A stretch of DNA of 64,000 bases from Camelus dromedarius (GCF_036321535.1 NC_087437.1:111354001-111418000), one strand, 5' to 3'; positions 12,274 to 23,364 are shown, counted from the stretch's first letter. Numbers and translations are program-made. Notes: generated by a model from the sequence alone, not told the origin.

Positions 12274-12760
12274 TGTTACCAAATCCAAGATTGTGCTGCT
12301 CACCACACGACAAGCCAATAAATCGAGAGATGAGTTGTTGGGGAAAGGAATAGAGACCTTATTCAGAGAGCCAGCAGATTGAGGAACGATGGGCTAGTGT
12401 CCCAAAGCGCCATCTTGCCTGAGTTAGAATTCAGGCTTCTTTTATACCATAAGGCGAAGGAGTAAAGTCAAATATATCCTGGCTCGGGTCAGCCTCAGGA
12501 GGGGATGTGTTAATTTCTTCCGTCCTGCGGTCATTCACAAGTGGGCCTGGTCAGGCTGTTTCCTAGGAGCTAACTAAGGTATTTTAGCTTAATGCTTGTT
12601 ACCTAGGAGGCAGGGTTCCCAGAGTGGGCCCTTATGTATAATTTAAGCTCAGAGGCAAAATCCCTTTAATGATTAACTTGTAGCAAAAGCAATAGAATAC
12701 AAAGGTCAAAGTAAAAGAAAGAGATCCAATATGGAGTCAGACTTGTCCCCCTCTGTTGCA
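12274..12760 (-). mobile_element. ERV1 solo LTR (MER41-like, artiodactyl type)
   Basis: TG...CA termini, perfect 4-bp TSD GGTC (12270-12273 and 12761-12764), TATAAAA on the minus strand; related to the LTR at 27531. Confidence 0.88.
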
Positions 12761-13234
12761 GGTCCTCTCTAACTTTGGCAGTGAAGGGCGACCACAGTGG
12801 AAAGCCCAAGAGAGAGAAGCCAGGGCCAGAGAGAGGAGCTGGGGAGCAGAGGGTGGGAGAAGGCACCTGGGGAAGGGATCCATAAGCAAGTGAGAAGTGG
12901 GTGCTGCGGTGTAGGTGGTGCTCGTGTGGCCTGGGGCAGGGCTGGAGGGAACCACTGGCTGTGTCGGGATGCTCTGCCCATCATTGTGGTTCCCTCCGTG
13001 CTGCCAGGAAACATGAGCTGCCATGCTGCCATTCCTGCCATCGCCGCAGCCCCGGGTGTGGAAGTGGCGTCTGCAGCTGTAACAGGTGCCTCTCAGAGAG
13101 GGCTGCTCTGAGCCAGGGCGGTGCCCAGCTGGTTTGCCAGCTGCACAGGCATTAAGGCTCAGAGGCTCACAGGTATTCCTGTGCATTGTGAGTGGTGTGG
13201 TGATTTGCTGTGAACAGGCACATGCAGGTTAGTG

Positions 13235-13325
13235 GATAACTGCACCTGCAAATAGAATCTCCAGGAGAGCTTATTAAAAAGGCCAATTCCTGGGCCGACC
13301 CTGGATGCTCCCAGCTTGATCAAAT
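13235..13325. mobile_element. MER5-type MITE fragment
   Basis: TAGAATCTCCAGGAGAGCTTATTAAAAAGGCCAATTCCTGGGCC. Confidence 0.7.
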
Positions 13326-13334
13326 CTAACACAC

Positions 13335-13545
13335 ACTCTGTGCCAAGAGTGGCTCTACGCACTTTACATGTGTTAATTCACTTAGACCTCCCAGAACCAT
13401 GAGGTGGGTGCTGCTATCGCCAGCCCCGTTTTACACATGAGGAAACTGGCACAGAGGAGGCGAGTAATGTGCCCCGGCCACACAGCTCGTGAGTGGTAGA
13501 GCTGGTACCTGAACCCGGACTGCACAGCTCCAGAGCCCTCCGTCC
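13335..13545 (-). mobile_element. MIR
   Basis: CCCCGTTTTACACATGAGGAAACTGGCACAGAG ... GTGGTAGAGCTGG. Confidence 0.9.
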
Positions 13546-13664
13546 TGCCAGTTTGTGAGCCTGCTATCTCAGACAGAAAAGCCCTTCCACTCTCAGGAAT
13601 AGCTTTTCCATCTACTGGTTTGATCAGTGTTCAAGTCCATCAAGAAAACCTCATGGATCTATAA

Positions 13665-14374
13665 AATTCATATTAATCCAGCGACAGTGTTCCTTTTAAC
13701 CAAAGAAGTTGACAGCTTAGGTCCAGACAAATATGTGCACATGGATATTTATAGCAGCTTAATTCATAATTGCCAAAACTTGGAAGCAACCAAGATGTCC
13801 TTCAGTAGGTGAGTGAGTAAGTAAACTGTGGTACCTGCAGACAATGGAATATTATTCAGCATGAAAAAGAAATGCGCCATCAAACCATGAAAAGACATGA
13901 AGAAACTTAAATGCGTATTACTAAGAGAAAGAAGCCAATCTGAAAAGGCTCCATACTGCATGGTTCCGACTGTGTGACATGCTGGAAGAGGCAAAACTAT
14001 GGAGACAGTAAAGAGATCAGTGGTTACTGGGGGTTAGAGTGGAGGGAGGGATGAAAAGACAGAGCAGGGGAGTTTTAGGGCAGTGGAACCACTCTGTGTG
14101 ATGCTCTGATGATGAACACCTGTCATACATTTATCCAAACAGCATGTACAGTACCAAGCACAAATCCTAATGTGAACTTTGGACTTTGAGTGATAATCGT
14201 TTGTCGATGTCGGTTCATCAATTAGAACAGATGTGCCACAGTGGTGGGGGATGCTGACAGCTGAGGAGGCTATATATTCACGGGGGGTGGGGCGCACGCG
14301 GGAAATCTCTGTACCTTCTGTTCAGTTTGGCCGTGAACCTAAAACTGCTCTAAAAATTCAAGTATATTTTAAAA
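13665..14374 (+). mobile_element. L1MC1-type 3' end
   Basis: CCAAAACTTGGAAGCAACCAAGATGTCCTTCAGTAGGTGA ... GGAAATCTCTGTACCTTC ... GAACCTAAAACTGCTCTAAAA. Confidence 0.92.
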
Positions 14375-14457
14375 CATCACATTATGTGGTTCTTGGTTGA
14401 TCAGCCACCTCACTGTCCTCTAAACTAGGTGGAATTATCTTCCCAAATGCTGTGGGA

Positions 14458-14612
14458 AGGTTATGAATCTATTTGGGAGTCACCCTTTTGAGAATCTGAT
14501 GAAAGGATGGCTTCTCTGCACATCAAAAAGGCACGCACAAACACACGTGCACATTTTATATGCGCCAGCAGAGATTCGCAGGAAACCCACGGGCCCCGTG
14601 TTGAGAACCTCA
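14458..14612. mobile_element. Short hAT-Charlie MITE (Charlie4z-like)
   Basis: CCCTTTTGAGAATCTGATGAAAG ... CACATTTTATATGC ... GTTGAGAACCTC. Confidence 0.7.
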
Positions 14613-15085
14613 ACCTAGGCAAACATATTAATTCTCCGTCAGCCTTGTCCCCCTGCTCCAGCCCTTCTCACTGTCTCTTTTAAGTTTCTTGGTAAGAAAG
14701 AAAGAGTACCTAGGAAGATTATTTGGTTGGAGGTAAAGTAATTAAGGCACAATTTTACTTTTCTTCGGTGCTTATAAACATTCATCTTAATTAAAGTGCT
14801 CATTCTGAGATCAGAGGTCATGTCTGCCAGGAGGCAGGATGAGACAGAATCCTTTGGGATTACGCAAGGCCATTGCTTGCTGAACCTGAGATTCTTGGTA
14901 CTGAAGTGACCCTCTGCCTCTGGGTAGCTTAAAAAGATTCTATCTGGCAGTAGATGTGGGGTGTTTTTTTCTTTGAAGTCAGCTTTTGCCATAAATTGTA
15001 GAGTTATATTACTATGTGTTGTTTAATAAATGTTCTTTCCTTCCAATTCTACCTTGGGTAAATGTAAGTTAATTAAGAAATATCT

Positions 15086-15578
15086 GGTGATGGTTAGTTT
15101 CATATGTCAACTTGGCGAGACGATAGTGCCCAAGTGTTTAATCAAACACTAATCTAGGTGTTTCTGGGAAGGTATTTTGTAGAAGTGGTTACAACTTATG
15201 TAACCACTTATGTAACTGCTTCTACATAAATTGACTTTTAAGTAAAGGAGATTACCCTCAGTAAAGGGAATGAGCCTCATGCAATGAGTTGAAAAGCCTT
15301 AGAAGGAGAGAACTGATGCTTCTGGGAGAAGAATAAATTCTGTAGCATCAATTCCTGCCTGAATATTCAGCCTCGCGGCCTGAACTACAAATTTTGGACT
15401 TAACAGCCCCGATGACTGCATGAGCCTATCTTTAAAAATAAACCCTGTAGATGAAAGGTGGATGGATTTAGTGATCTACTGATCCATCCATCTATCATCT
15501 ATTATCCATCCATTCATCTGCGTGTATTTCCCATTGGTTCTATTTCTCTAGAGAATCTGGAGAACCCTGATTGATACA
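15086..15578 (+). mobile_element. ERVL LTR, MLT2D-type
   Basis: TGTCAACTTGG ... TAATCAAACACTAATCTAGGTGTT ... AAGTAAAGGAGATTACCCTC ... GGAGAACCCTGATTGATACA. Confidence 0.9.
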
Positions 15579-15809
15579 CATCCCAAAGAACCTAGTGATC
15601 CGTGTGAATACAGTTGCTCCCTAATAAGTGAAAGGTCTGTGTGTTGTCAGATGCCACCTGCTTATCCACACCCCACACTCAGAGCGCCTGGCCTCTGGGA
15701 GGAGAGATGTGAAGTCCGGATGGTGAACTGGGAGGTGAGCAGTCAACGTGCTGCTCCTTCAGCTTTCCTGGGCAGCAGCCTCACCGAGGCCAGTGTGGGA
15801 GGTGGCGGG

Positions 15810-15950
15810 TAGGGAGAGTTTGTTAAAAATGCAGATCCCCAGAGCCCCACCTCCCCAAGTTCTGAATCTGTGGGTCTGGGCACAGAACCCTGCATTTCAA
15901 CAATCCCTCAGATTGACTCTTCAGCAGGTGACCCTTTGAGAAACAGAGCT
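15810..15950. mobile_element. MER5-type MITE
   Basis: TTGTTAAAAATGCAGATCCCCAG ... CTGCATTTCAACAA ... TTTGAGAAACA. Confidence 0.8.
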
Positions 15951-17389
15951 TACAGGATGGACTCCCCAGCCCCCAGACCAGACTGAAGTCCATTCTCCAC
16001 TCCCAGGACTTCCCACCCTATCTGTCCCTCAGGTTCCAAAGCTGGAAGTGGAGGGTCCAGTTGTTTTTATCCTCTGGGTCTCTTGACAAGATTAGTGCTC
16101 TGCCTAGCTTTGCCTGTTGAAGTCCGAATGCTTAATGTTGGGGAAGGCATGTCGCATGGCTCCCATGGTGCAGCGGGTAAGGTTACAGACGCTTAGACCA
16201 GACTGCCTAGCGTTCACATCCCAGCCTGGTCTTTCACTGGTTCTTCTTCTTCACCTTTTTTTTTTTTTTAAACTATTTTTATAGTTGCCTGTCACAGCAT
16301 TTCTCTTGCCCTGCAGTCGTGATACCGACATGTAGTGAACTTGCTTAAATTGCCAGTCCAATGGCAGTTTTGCCTTTTCCCCCCACCAAGTTTAAACAGT
16401 AAAATATGAAGGTTTTGGTCTTAATGCCCTGGTGGTTTCACAGTTTGATACTGACCTGCAGCCTATTTTACGCTGCAAACCTCACTTAGTAAGAGAGAAA
16501 GGAAACTGGGACTCACAGCAGGCCCTGGCCCCACAACCACTGCCGCCTGGGGCCTCCATCCCTTGCCCAGCCTCCTCCAGTGCACACAGGGTAGCTTGGT
16601 CCCTTCTGCAGCCCAGGGGTTGGCCCATCCCTGCCCAGCCTCGGGGTACGTGTTCTCAGCAGATGATGGGAACGTTGTGGGCCTGCATTTGAGGGTGATG
16701 TATGGGGCTGACCTACTGCCTCCCCTTACTGGGAAGAGAGCGGTCAGGATGCTGGGTGGGTTACTGGGGCAGAGGGAGGAGGAAAGTGGGGGTGGTTCTG
16801 GTCATAAAACATGAAGATAAGGAGGCACAGTGCTGGTTCAGGGGATGCAGATCTCCCTGCCCTCACCTGGTCCTGAGCCCCCCCTTGCTCTTCCAGCCCT
16901 AGCTTCCTCCCCGCCCTCCTTACCTCTGGCCCCTCCTAGACATGGGCCCCAAAAAACATATGGAAAAATAGTGCTGGGCTGCCCTGGCCAGTGAAAGAGA
17001 CCTCGTGGAGTCTGTTTAGCTTTTAAGTCTCGATTTTATCTTGTTTATAAAATCCATCTGGAGAGAGAAGGGAATGGGAGCGAGCGCGGGGGAACAAAGA
17101 ACGTGAGGCTGTTACGGGAGTAGGTGCGTTCGGCAGCTGCGACATCTCTCCTGGGCCGGGGGTTGCTTTGCCTGTTTTGTTGCTCATAGCATCTCCTCAG
17201 GACAGCCTGTCTACTCATCTGAGAGCGACTCATAGGAAATCTTTACTCAAAGAGGAAGCTGAAACTCAAGGTTTAAACTCCAGTGTTGGGACCGCTGCCA
17301 ACTTCATCATCCAAGCTCGTCCTCTCCAATCAACCGAAAAGAACTGGGGTGTATCTATTCTGGGCTGGGCTCGAAGACTGGTGCTGATC

Positions 17390-17690
17390 TTTGTCACCTG
17401 CTGGTGTGTGACCCTGGGTGAGTTCATTAACTCTCTAAGTCTCTATTTTCTCATCCAGAAAGTAGGAGTGGTGCCTGCAAGGATGGCTCTATCCGCCACA
17501 GAGTGAGGGCTCAAAAGACGTGAACTGTTTGGTGTCATTTGTGCCTCTGAGCAAATGCCACATTTCCTTTCCTGGCATCACCCTCCCTACCTCATAAGGT
17601 TGCTGGAGAATTGATTGTGACAAAAGTTGGGAACACACCTTGCAAACATGATTTGGACTCCAGATTAACCCAAGGATTATGATCATTAAC
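17390..17690 (+). mobile_element. MIR fragments
   Basis: GTGTGACCCTGGGTGAGTTCATTAACTCTCT ... TTTCTCATCCAGAAA; CCTACCTCATAAGGTTGCTGGAGAATT. Confidence 0.7.
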
Positions 17691-17699
17691 TGCCCAACC

Positions 17700-17996
17700 T
17701 ACCCCAATGCTGTTGCTCATCTTTGCTTCTCTATCTGGAATGCCCTCCTTCTCCCCCATTTTCTGCTTAACAAATCCCTACTTAACTAAATGTCACTCCC
17801 TCCAAGATGCCCTCTCCAGCTGAATCAGATTTTTGGCTATTTCCCTCATTGAACACATGGAGTTTGTAGTTTTAAGTTTACAACATGACCCCACCACTAG
17901 AATCCAAGCTCCTCTAAGGGCAGGAACTAGGTCTTATTCTTTTGTAAATCCTAAGGTCTAGCAGAATTCTTTGCACAGAGTAAGGAACAGTGAATA
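17700..17996 (+). mobile_element. L2 3' end
   Basis: CTGGAATGCCCT, ACTAGAATCCAAGCTCCTCTAAGGGCAGGAAC and GCACAGAGTAAGG, ending in a GAAT/GGAT tail. Confidence 0.85.
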
Positions 17997-18158
17997 AATG
18001 GATGGGTGGATGGATGAGTGGTTGGATGGACAGATGGATGGATAGATAAAAAGATGGATGGAAGAATGGATAGACAGATGGATGGATGGACGGAGAGATA
18101 AATGGATGGGTGGATGGATGGAGAGATGAACAGATGGGTAAGTGGTTGAATGGATGGA
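17997..18158. repeat. Degenerate (GGAT)n microsatellite grown from the L2 tail
   Basis: Direct reading. Confidence 0.95.
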
Positions 18159-18599
18159 AAAGTTTTGTAGACATGCCTCAAGAACCACCAACAGTTGATC
18201 TCTCTCTTCCTCTCTCCCTCTCTTAACTGTCTCTGAATATTGGGCTAAAACGAGTCCCTTATCTTCAGCTAACATAATCAGTGATCTGTACAATAAACAT
18301 AGGACTGATGGACTTTTAGCAAAAGGTTAGTTCACTCAACTTCACACCTAAAATATGGTCCCAGGAGATTCCAGCCTGCATTTTCTCTCCCTCGGGGAAG
18401 TCTGCCTGCAGCAGTTTGGGCACTTGTCCCAGCTGGGAGTCACAGTATCTACCCCATTTTTCAGACTCGACAAAAGCTCTGCCGTGGCAAACCTGAGCAA
18501 ATACATCACAGCCTCAGCGATCTGAAAGCGTTTCACAGCATCCTTTATGAATCTCTCAGGCTGTGGAAGAAAATAACTCCCTCTTGTTACGATGGAACA

Positions 18600-19175
18600 T
18601 GGTATTTAACAAAGATTGCTGGATTGGAAACCAGGACATCTGCTCGTGGCCTGGTTCTGCCACTAATTTGTTCTGGGATTTGGGGCCAGTCACTTCACCT
18701 CACTAGATCTCAGCCTCTTTGTGAAAAAAAAATGGGGACTGTATGATTGTCAAGGCCCTGTTCAGCTCTACAGAATGTGGTTTTACATTCTGCAGGGCCA
18801 GCAGACTCTGGAGGGACCTCCACCTTGCCCCTCACAACTCAGGGGCCTCTCCCAGCCCTCCTGGCCTGCCTGCTATCTCCCTGAGGACGCCCCACAGTGG
18901 GGAGGACGTAGCCAAGGCAGACCCTGTTTAGCGTGGTGGTTACGAGCACAGAGCTGGGCTCCACCATCCGCTAGCTCTTGGGCAAGTTCCTTAGTCCCTC
19001 AGGCCTCACTTTCCTTGTGTGAGAGATGGGCTAATGAAGGACCCTCCCACCACCACACCACCACCACCACCACACACATACCCCGAACAGGGAGAGGATG
19101 AAAGACGCAGAACACATGAAGTGCACGTCGTAGTGCCTGACGGGGACTGTGCGCTGGGCAGATGCGAGTTGCTGT
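18600..19175 (+). mobile_element. Two MIR remnants (~18600-18780 and ~18925-19175)
   Basis: CAGTCACTTCACCTCACTAGATCTCAG; TAGCGTGGTGGTTACGAGCACAG ... CTTGGGCAAGTT ... GTAGTGCCTGAC. Confidence 0.75.
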
Positions 19176-19803
19176 TACAGAGTCTCAGGAGCTGAGAGGG
19201 GACGGTGGATGCCCAGGTTCCTGGCCCTTCAGCCTAGGTCCTCCCGGAGGGATTGACACCAGGATGCTGAGATCTGTGGGTTCTGGTTTTTAAAGGTGCA
19301 TTCAGCCTACACACAGCTGGTGTGAACTTAGGCCAAGGGCAGAGTCCCAGTGGCTTGAATTAAACCGTTGTCAGGATAAAAGGAGCCTGTTCTAAAAGCA
19401 GGTCATTAGGAGGCGGCGGAGCAGGCTTTCTGGCTGCCCGTGCTCCTCTTTCTCTCTTTCCTCCCTTTGTCCTGTGGCCCCGTGGAGGCTTTAATCTGAG
19501 CCGAGGGGCTCTGACCGCTGGCAGGGGGACGGCCGCCCTCTCCCTGCGTGGTGATCATTCAAAACTTCAGCAGAGCGGGAGCCTCCTGCGCCCGGGAGGC
19601 TGCTCTCGCAGGAGGGGCTCAGAGGAGGCGGCTGCCCCACGGCTGATCCTTTAGAGAATGGCTTTGCCTCCAACCAGCAACCCTTTGGCTGCTGGACCCC
19701 CTGCATGCATTCGAAGAACAGGGAGGGAAGATGGGCCGCCACCCGCAGAGGAGGTGACGCGCGTGGCTGTTCCCGTGCAGCTGGGAAAGCAGCCCTCGGT
19801 TGG

Positions 19804-20255
19804 TGCTTCCCTCTGCTCGGGCTGCCCTGACAGAGCACCCCACGCTGGCGGCCGAGACGACACCCGAGTCCCCTCCACGGGTCTGGAGGCTGGACAATGT
19901 CAGCCGGGTTGCTGCCTCCCGAGCGCGCTGTGAGGGAGAAGCTGTTCCAGGCCGCTCCCCTGGCTTCTTGTGTTTTCCTGGCGCTCTTTTGTGTTCCTTA
20001 GAGACGCATCTGCTCCCTCTCTGCCTTCGTCCTGACGTGGTGCTCTCCCCCTGTGTCTGTCTGTGTCCGGATGGCCCCCTTTTATGAAGACACAGTCATG
20101 TTGGATCAGGGGCCACCTTGCTCCTGTATGACACTGCCATCACGAATCACATCTGCAGTGCCCCTATTTCCAATTGTTGGTCACATTCCAAGGTGCTGGG
20201 GTGAGGACTTCAACATGTGAATTTTGGGGGGACAGAAACCATTCAACCCATAACA
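19804..20255 (-). mobile_element. MaLR LTR, MLT1C-type, with GC-shifted left part
   Basis: CTGTGAGGGAGAAGCTGTTCCA, CACATCTGCAGTGCCCCTATTTCCAA and AGGACTTCAACATGTGAATTTTGGGGG ... ATTCAACCCATAACA. Confidence 0.88.
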
Positions 20256-20294
20256 GCTGGCTTTTCCAGAGGGAGGGGGTAGTCCTGGGGGCAG

Positions 20295-20835
20295 CTGTGC
20301 CTGAGTTTCAAAGCTCACGGGAGACTGTGTGTGTCCTAGGCCTCCGTGTAGAAAGGAGCTGGGAGGTCAAGGTGTTCCCACCTCTGCCAACCGGTCGCCT
20401 CTCTGGCACCCACGCTGGTGACTGTCCATTCTGAGTCTGAATGCCTCTAGCAAGTGGAACTTACTACTACCCTCCCCTCTGTGGCCACTCCTCAATAGAG
20501 CCGAAATCTTTCCCAGTAGCTCCACCCAATTGATCCCATTTCTTTCCTTTGGGTCACGAACAAATGAAGCACCTTTACTGCTGGCCTTCTGAATCCCAAT
20601 AGCTAACATGTATTGAGCACTTGCTCTGTGCATGGAACTCTTCCAAGCATTTCACACATCTCCTTACGACAGTCTTACGCAAGAGGTATTCAAACTCAGA
20701 ATGGACAGTCGCCAGCATGAGTGTCAGAGAGGCGACCAGTCAACAGAGGCAGAAACAGCTTGACCTCCAAGCTCTTTCCTACACAGAGGCCTAGGAAGCA
20801 CACGCTCTCCTGTGAGCTTTGAAAATCAGGCACAG
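20295..20835. repeat. 157-bp ungapped inverted repeat (20295-20451 and 20679-20835), 227-bp spacer
   Basis: Manual alignment of arm 1 to the reverse complement of arm 2 gives ~132/157 identity and no gaps. Confidence 0.95.
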
Positions 20836-20920
20836 AGAGGTTCAGGAGCTTGCCGGCGGCAGCACACCTGGACGGGAGCAGAGCAGTGTTAGCCCGGGGC
20901 TCGTGCCCTTACCTCGACCC
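20598..20920 (-). mobile_element. MIR split by the inverted duplication
   Basis: AATAGCTAACATGTATTGAGCACTT ... (20598-20678) resumes as AGGCACAGAGAGGTT ... CTTGCC from 20828; the core is missing. Confidence 0.8.
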
Positions 20921-20979
20921 CACGCACAGCAGGCCCGCTGGCTTCCCAGTAGGTGGAGGCCTCGGTGGCTCAGTTTTGG

Positions 20980-21110
20980 GGAAATATGTCAAAATGTTAA
21001 CAGAGATTGTCTCTAGGGATGGAATTGAGGTGCATTTTCTTTCCTCTTTTTTCTTCTCTGTGTTTTTCATAAATACGTTACAAAGTTTATGTAATATTAT
21101 TGAAATAATG
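20980..21110 (+). mobile_element. L1ME-type 3' terminal fragment
   Basis: CAAAATGTTAACAGAGATTGTCTCTAGGG ... GTGCATTTTCTTT; explains the local AT-rich patch. Confidence 0.6.
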
Positions 21111-22039
21111 CAGGGTATTATTTTGTTGGCTTCACTTTTTATAAATTTTTTTAAAGGGCAGTCAGGAGGCTTGGGGGGACACCCGGGCCCGGGCCCGTTC
21201 TCTGTGTCTGCGGGGCTGGGACAAGAGTGCGAACAGAGGCCCACTCTCCGCTCTTCTCCCCTCGTCCTGGGCATCCACTGTTTGTGCTTATGTACAAGGA
21301 CCCTCTGTGCTGTGTGTGGGTCCCAGCCTGCACACACACGCGCGCACGCATGCACAGAGCCCTCGGCCACCCCTCGGGACTAGGGTGTGCGCCCCAAAAA
21401 GGTGTCTGCTGGGAAGAGGCCTGTGCAGGCCCTGGATGTGGGCTTGAAGCCACTAGGGCAGGGGACACCAGGACAGGTAAAGCTGCCCCCAGTGAGTGGC
21501 TGGGACCCTGGGATAAAATTGGTGCTTCTAAGGGGCCACTCTGTCTTTTCCTGAGAGGAACAAACCAGTCCGTCTTCAGGGTCCCTCAGCAGCCTCACAA
21601 TGGTTAGACTTCCTGCCCCGCCGTTTTCACAGGTGGTCCCCTCTGTGGGAAGAAACCCATTAACCCCTCTTCCCTCTTTCACATGGAAGGTGCTGGAGAT
21701 TCCGCAGCATTAGCCAAGGTTTGCAGAGGCCTCTGGCTACACTCCAGGCCCATCTGGACCTTCCTGGAGGGGCTGATGCCAGCTCTCCAGCTGCTTCCAG
21801 GGCTCCCCAAGATTCCTGAACCTGAGCCGTCTGAGGCCCCATGTGGGAGGCGGGGAGGCCCGCACAGCTATTGTCATTGTAGCACAGACCAAGCTGAGTG
21901 TGTCACAAGCCCCTGTGTGTGGGAGAGGTGCCCTGGGTGGGCGCTGGAAGATCCTGGATGTGTCCTGCCTTTTTGATCAACTCCAAGAGCTTGATGGTTG
22001 GCCTGGGACTGGTCATCTGGCCTTGGCAAAATGGGACTT

Positions 22040-22320
22040 TGTAAGCAGTAAATAAAACAAGACACTCAGTGTGGACGGGGGGTAGTGGACTCTCAGAGGA
22101 GCGAGGTGAGTGCGGCAGAGCTGGGGAGGGCGGGCTCTCGGGCTCCTACCACCCAGGTGACCACGAGCAGGTGACTCACCCGCTCTGGGCTCCCAAGCCC
22201 GGGGTGTGGGCATAACAGCGCCTGCTCGAGGGGTTCTTGAAGGTGATGCACGGTGTAGCCCAGGCCGGAAGGGGCGTGGGCCGCAAGCAGGAGGCCCAAG
22301 CCGGCGTCCTCTCCCAGACA
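22040..22320. promoter_or_regulatory. Candidate enhancer/promoter motif cluster
   Basis: FOX GTAAATA 22048, GC box GGGCGG 22128, CAGGTG 22154 and 22168, AP-1 TGACTCA 22172, KLF GGGGTGTGGG 22201, ETS CCGGAAG 22265, KLF/SP GGGGCGTGG 22271; CpGs retained. Confidence 0.5.
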
Positions 22321-23364
22321 CTGGGCACCCTGATGGGGGCCAAGTCACCAGCTCCCCTTGTGTCCCTCTTTCCTCCTCAAAGTGGAGGTGATGAGAGTTG
22401 GGTCTGAAGTGAAGAAGCACTTGTGATGTGATCTGAAAAACGAGGAAATGCTTTCAATGCATTATTATCTCATTCGATTCCATGTCTCCACGGGGGGAAT
22501 GTCCTTCCCAGCATGCTTTGTGGGTTGGCTCCCCTGCCTGCTGTATCCCCTCTGAAGAAGCGGGGAGGGGCAGGAGGAGATTAAGAGGCAGAGAAGGAAG
22601 GGAAGGCAGGCAGGCAGGCAAGTCCCTCCCGTTCTTCTCCCCCGAGCTTGACTTCTCCCAGGAGGGGCCCTTCACCCAGCTCGCTGGTGTCTGCCCGGCC
22701 CTGCCCATCTCAGTCTCCGCACACTCCAAGCTCAGAGACCCTCGGACCAAAGCCTCCCACCCAGCTCCCCCAACCTCCCCCATCCACCTCCACAGGGGAA
22801 CCGCCTCCTGACAGCTGCTTCGCGCTTGCCCAGCCACGAATGCACTTCCGTGTAACACTTGAGCTGAAACTTCAGATTCTCACTTGAGATCCCTCTCTGC
22901 AGCTGGGCAGAGCTGGCAAAAAAAAAATTTTTTTCTTAAGTCAGTATTAGCTTTGCAACTATCTTACAGTAAATTTGCTTTAAGCTAAGATATTAAATCA
23001 TTTATGAGATCCTTCCAGAAATGGTGTACTATCTATTTTTCCATGGAAGACAAGCAGTTTGAAAGATTTTCTTTAAGCAAGGATAAAAGAATAAAATACG
23101 CCAGAATATAGTGCTAAAATATGTTTTTCTAGAAAAACAAAAGATATTCTAGTTATAGCATCCAGCTAATGGATATAAAAAATCTGTTCAGGAAACTCTA
23201 TGGTGATGTGAAAAGCCACCCCTTTGTTGAGAGCAATCAGCTCTGTGAGGGGAGGAGGGTGGCTCTCCTGCTACTGACTCACAGAGAACTGAGCTGGCTG
23301 GGACCACCTATGCTGCTCCACCAACCCTTGCATTTTTCCTAGAAGAAGAGACTGCGGTCCAAGT

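Noticed and set aside
17086..17160. Short blocks shared with the reverse complement of the 24244 hairpin (CGCGGGG..AACAA, GCGACATC, GGGCCG)
   Set aside because: Blocks are 6-12 bp with a large gap, compatible with chance in GC-rich DNA
17914..18293. His/Pro/Ser/Ile-rich ORFs here and at 54525-54812
   Set aside because: Translations of (ATCC)n microsatellites
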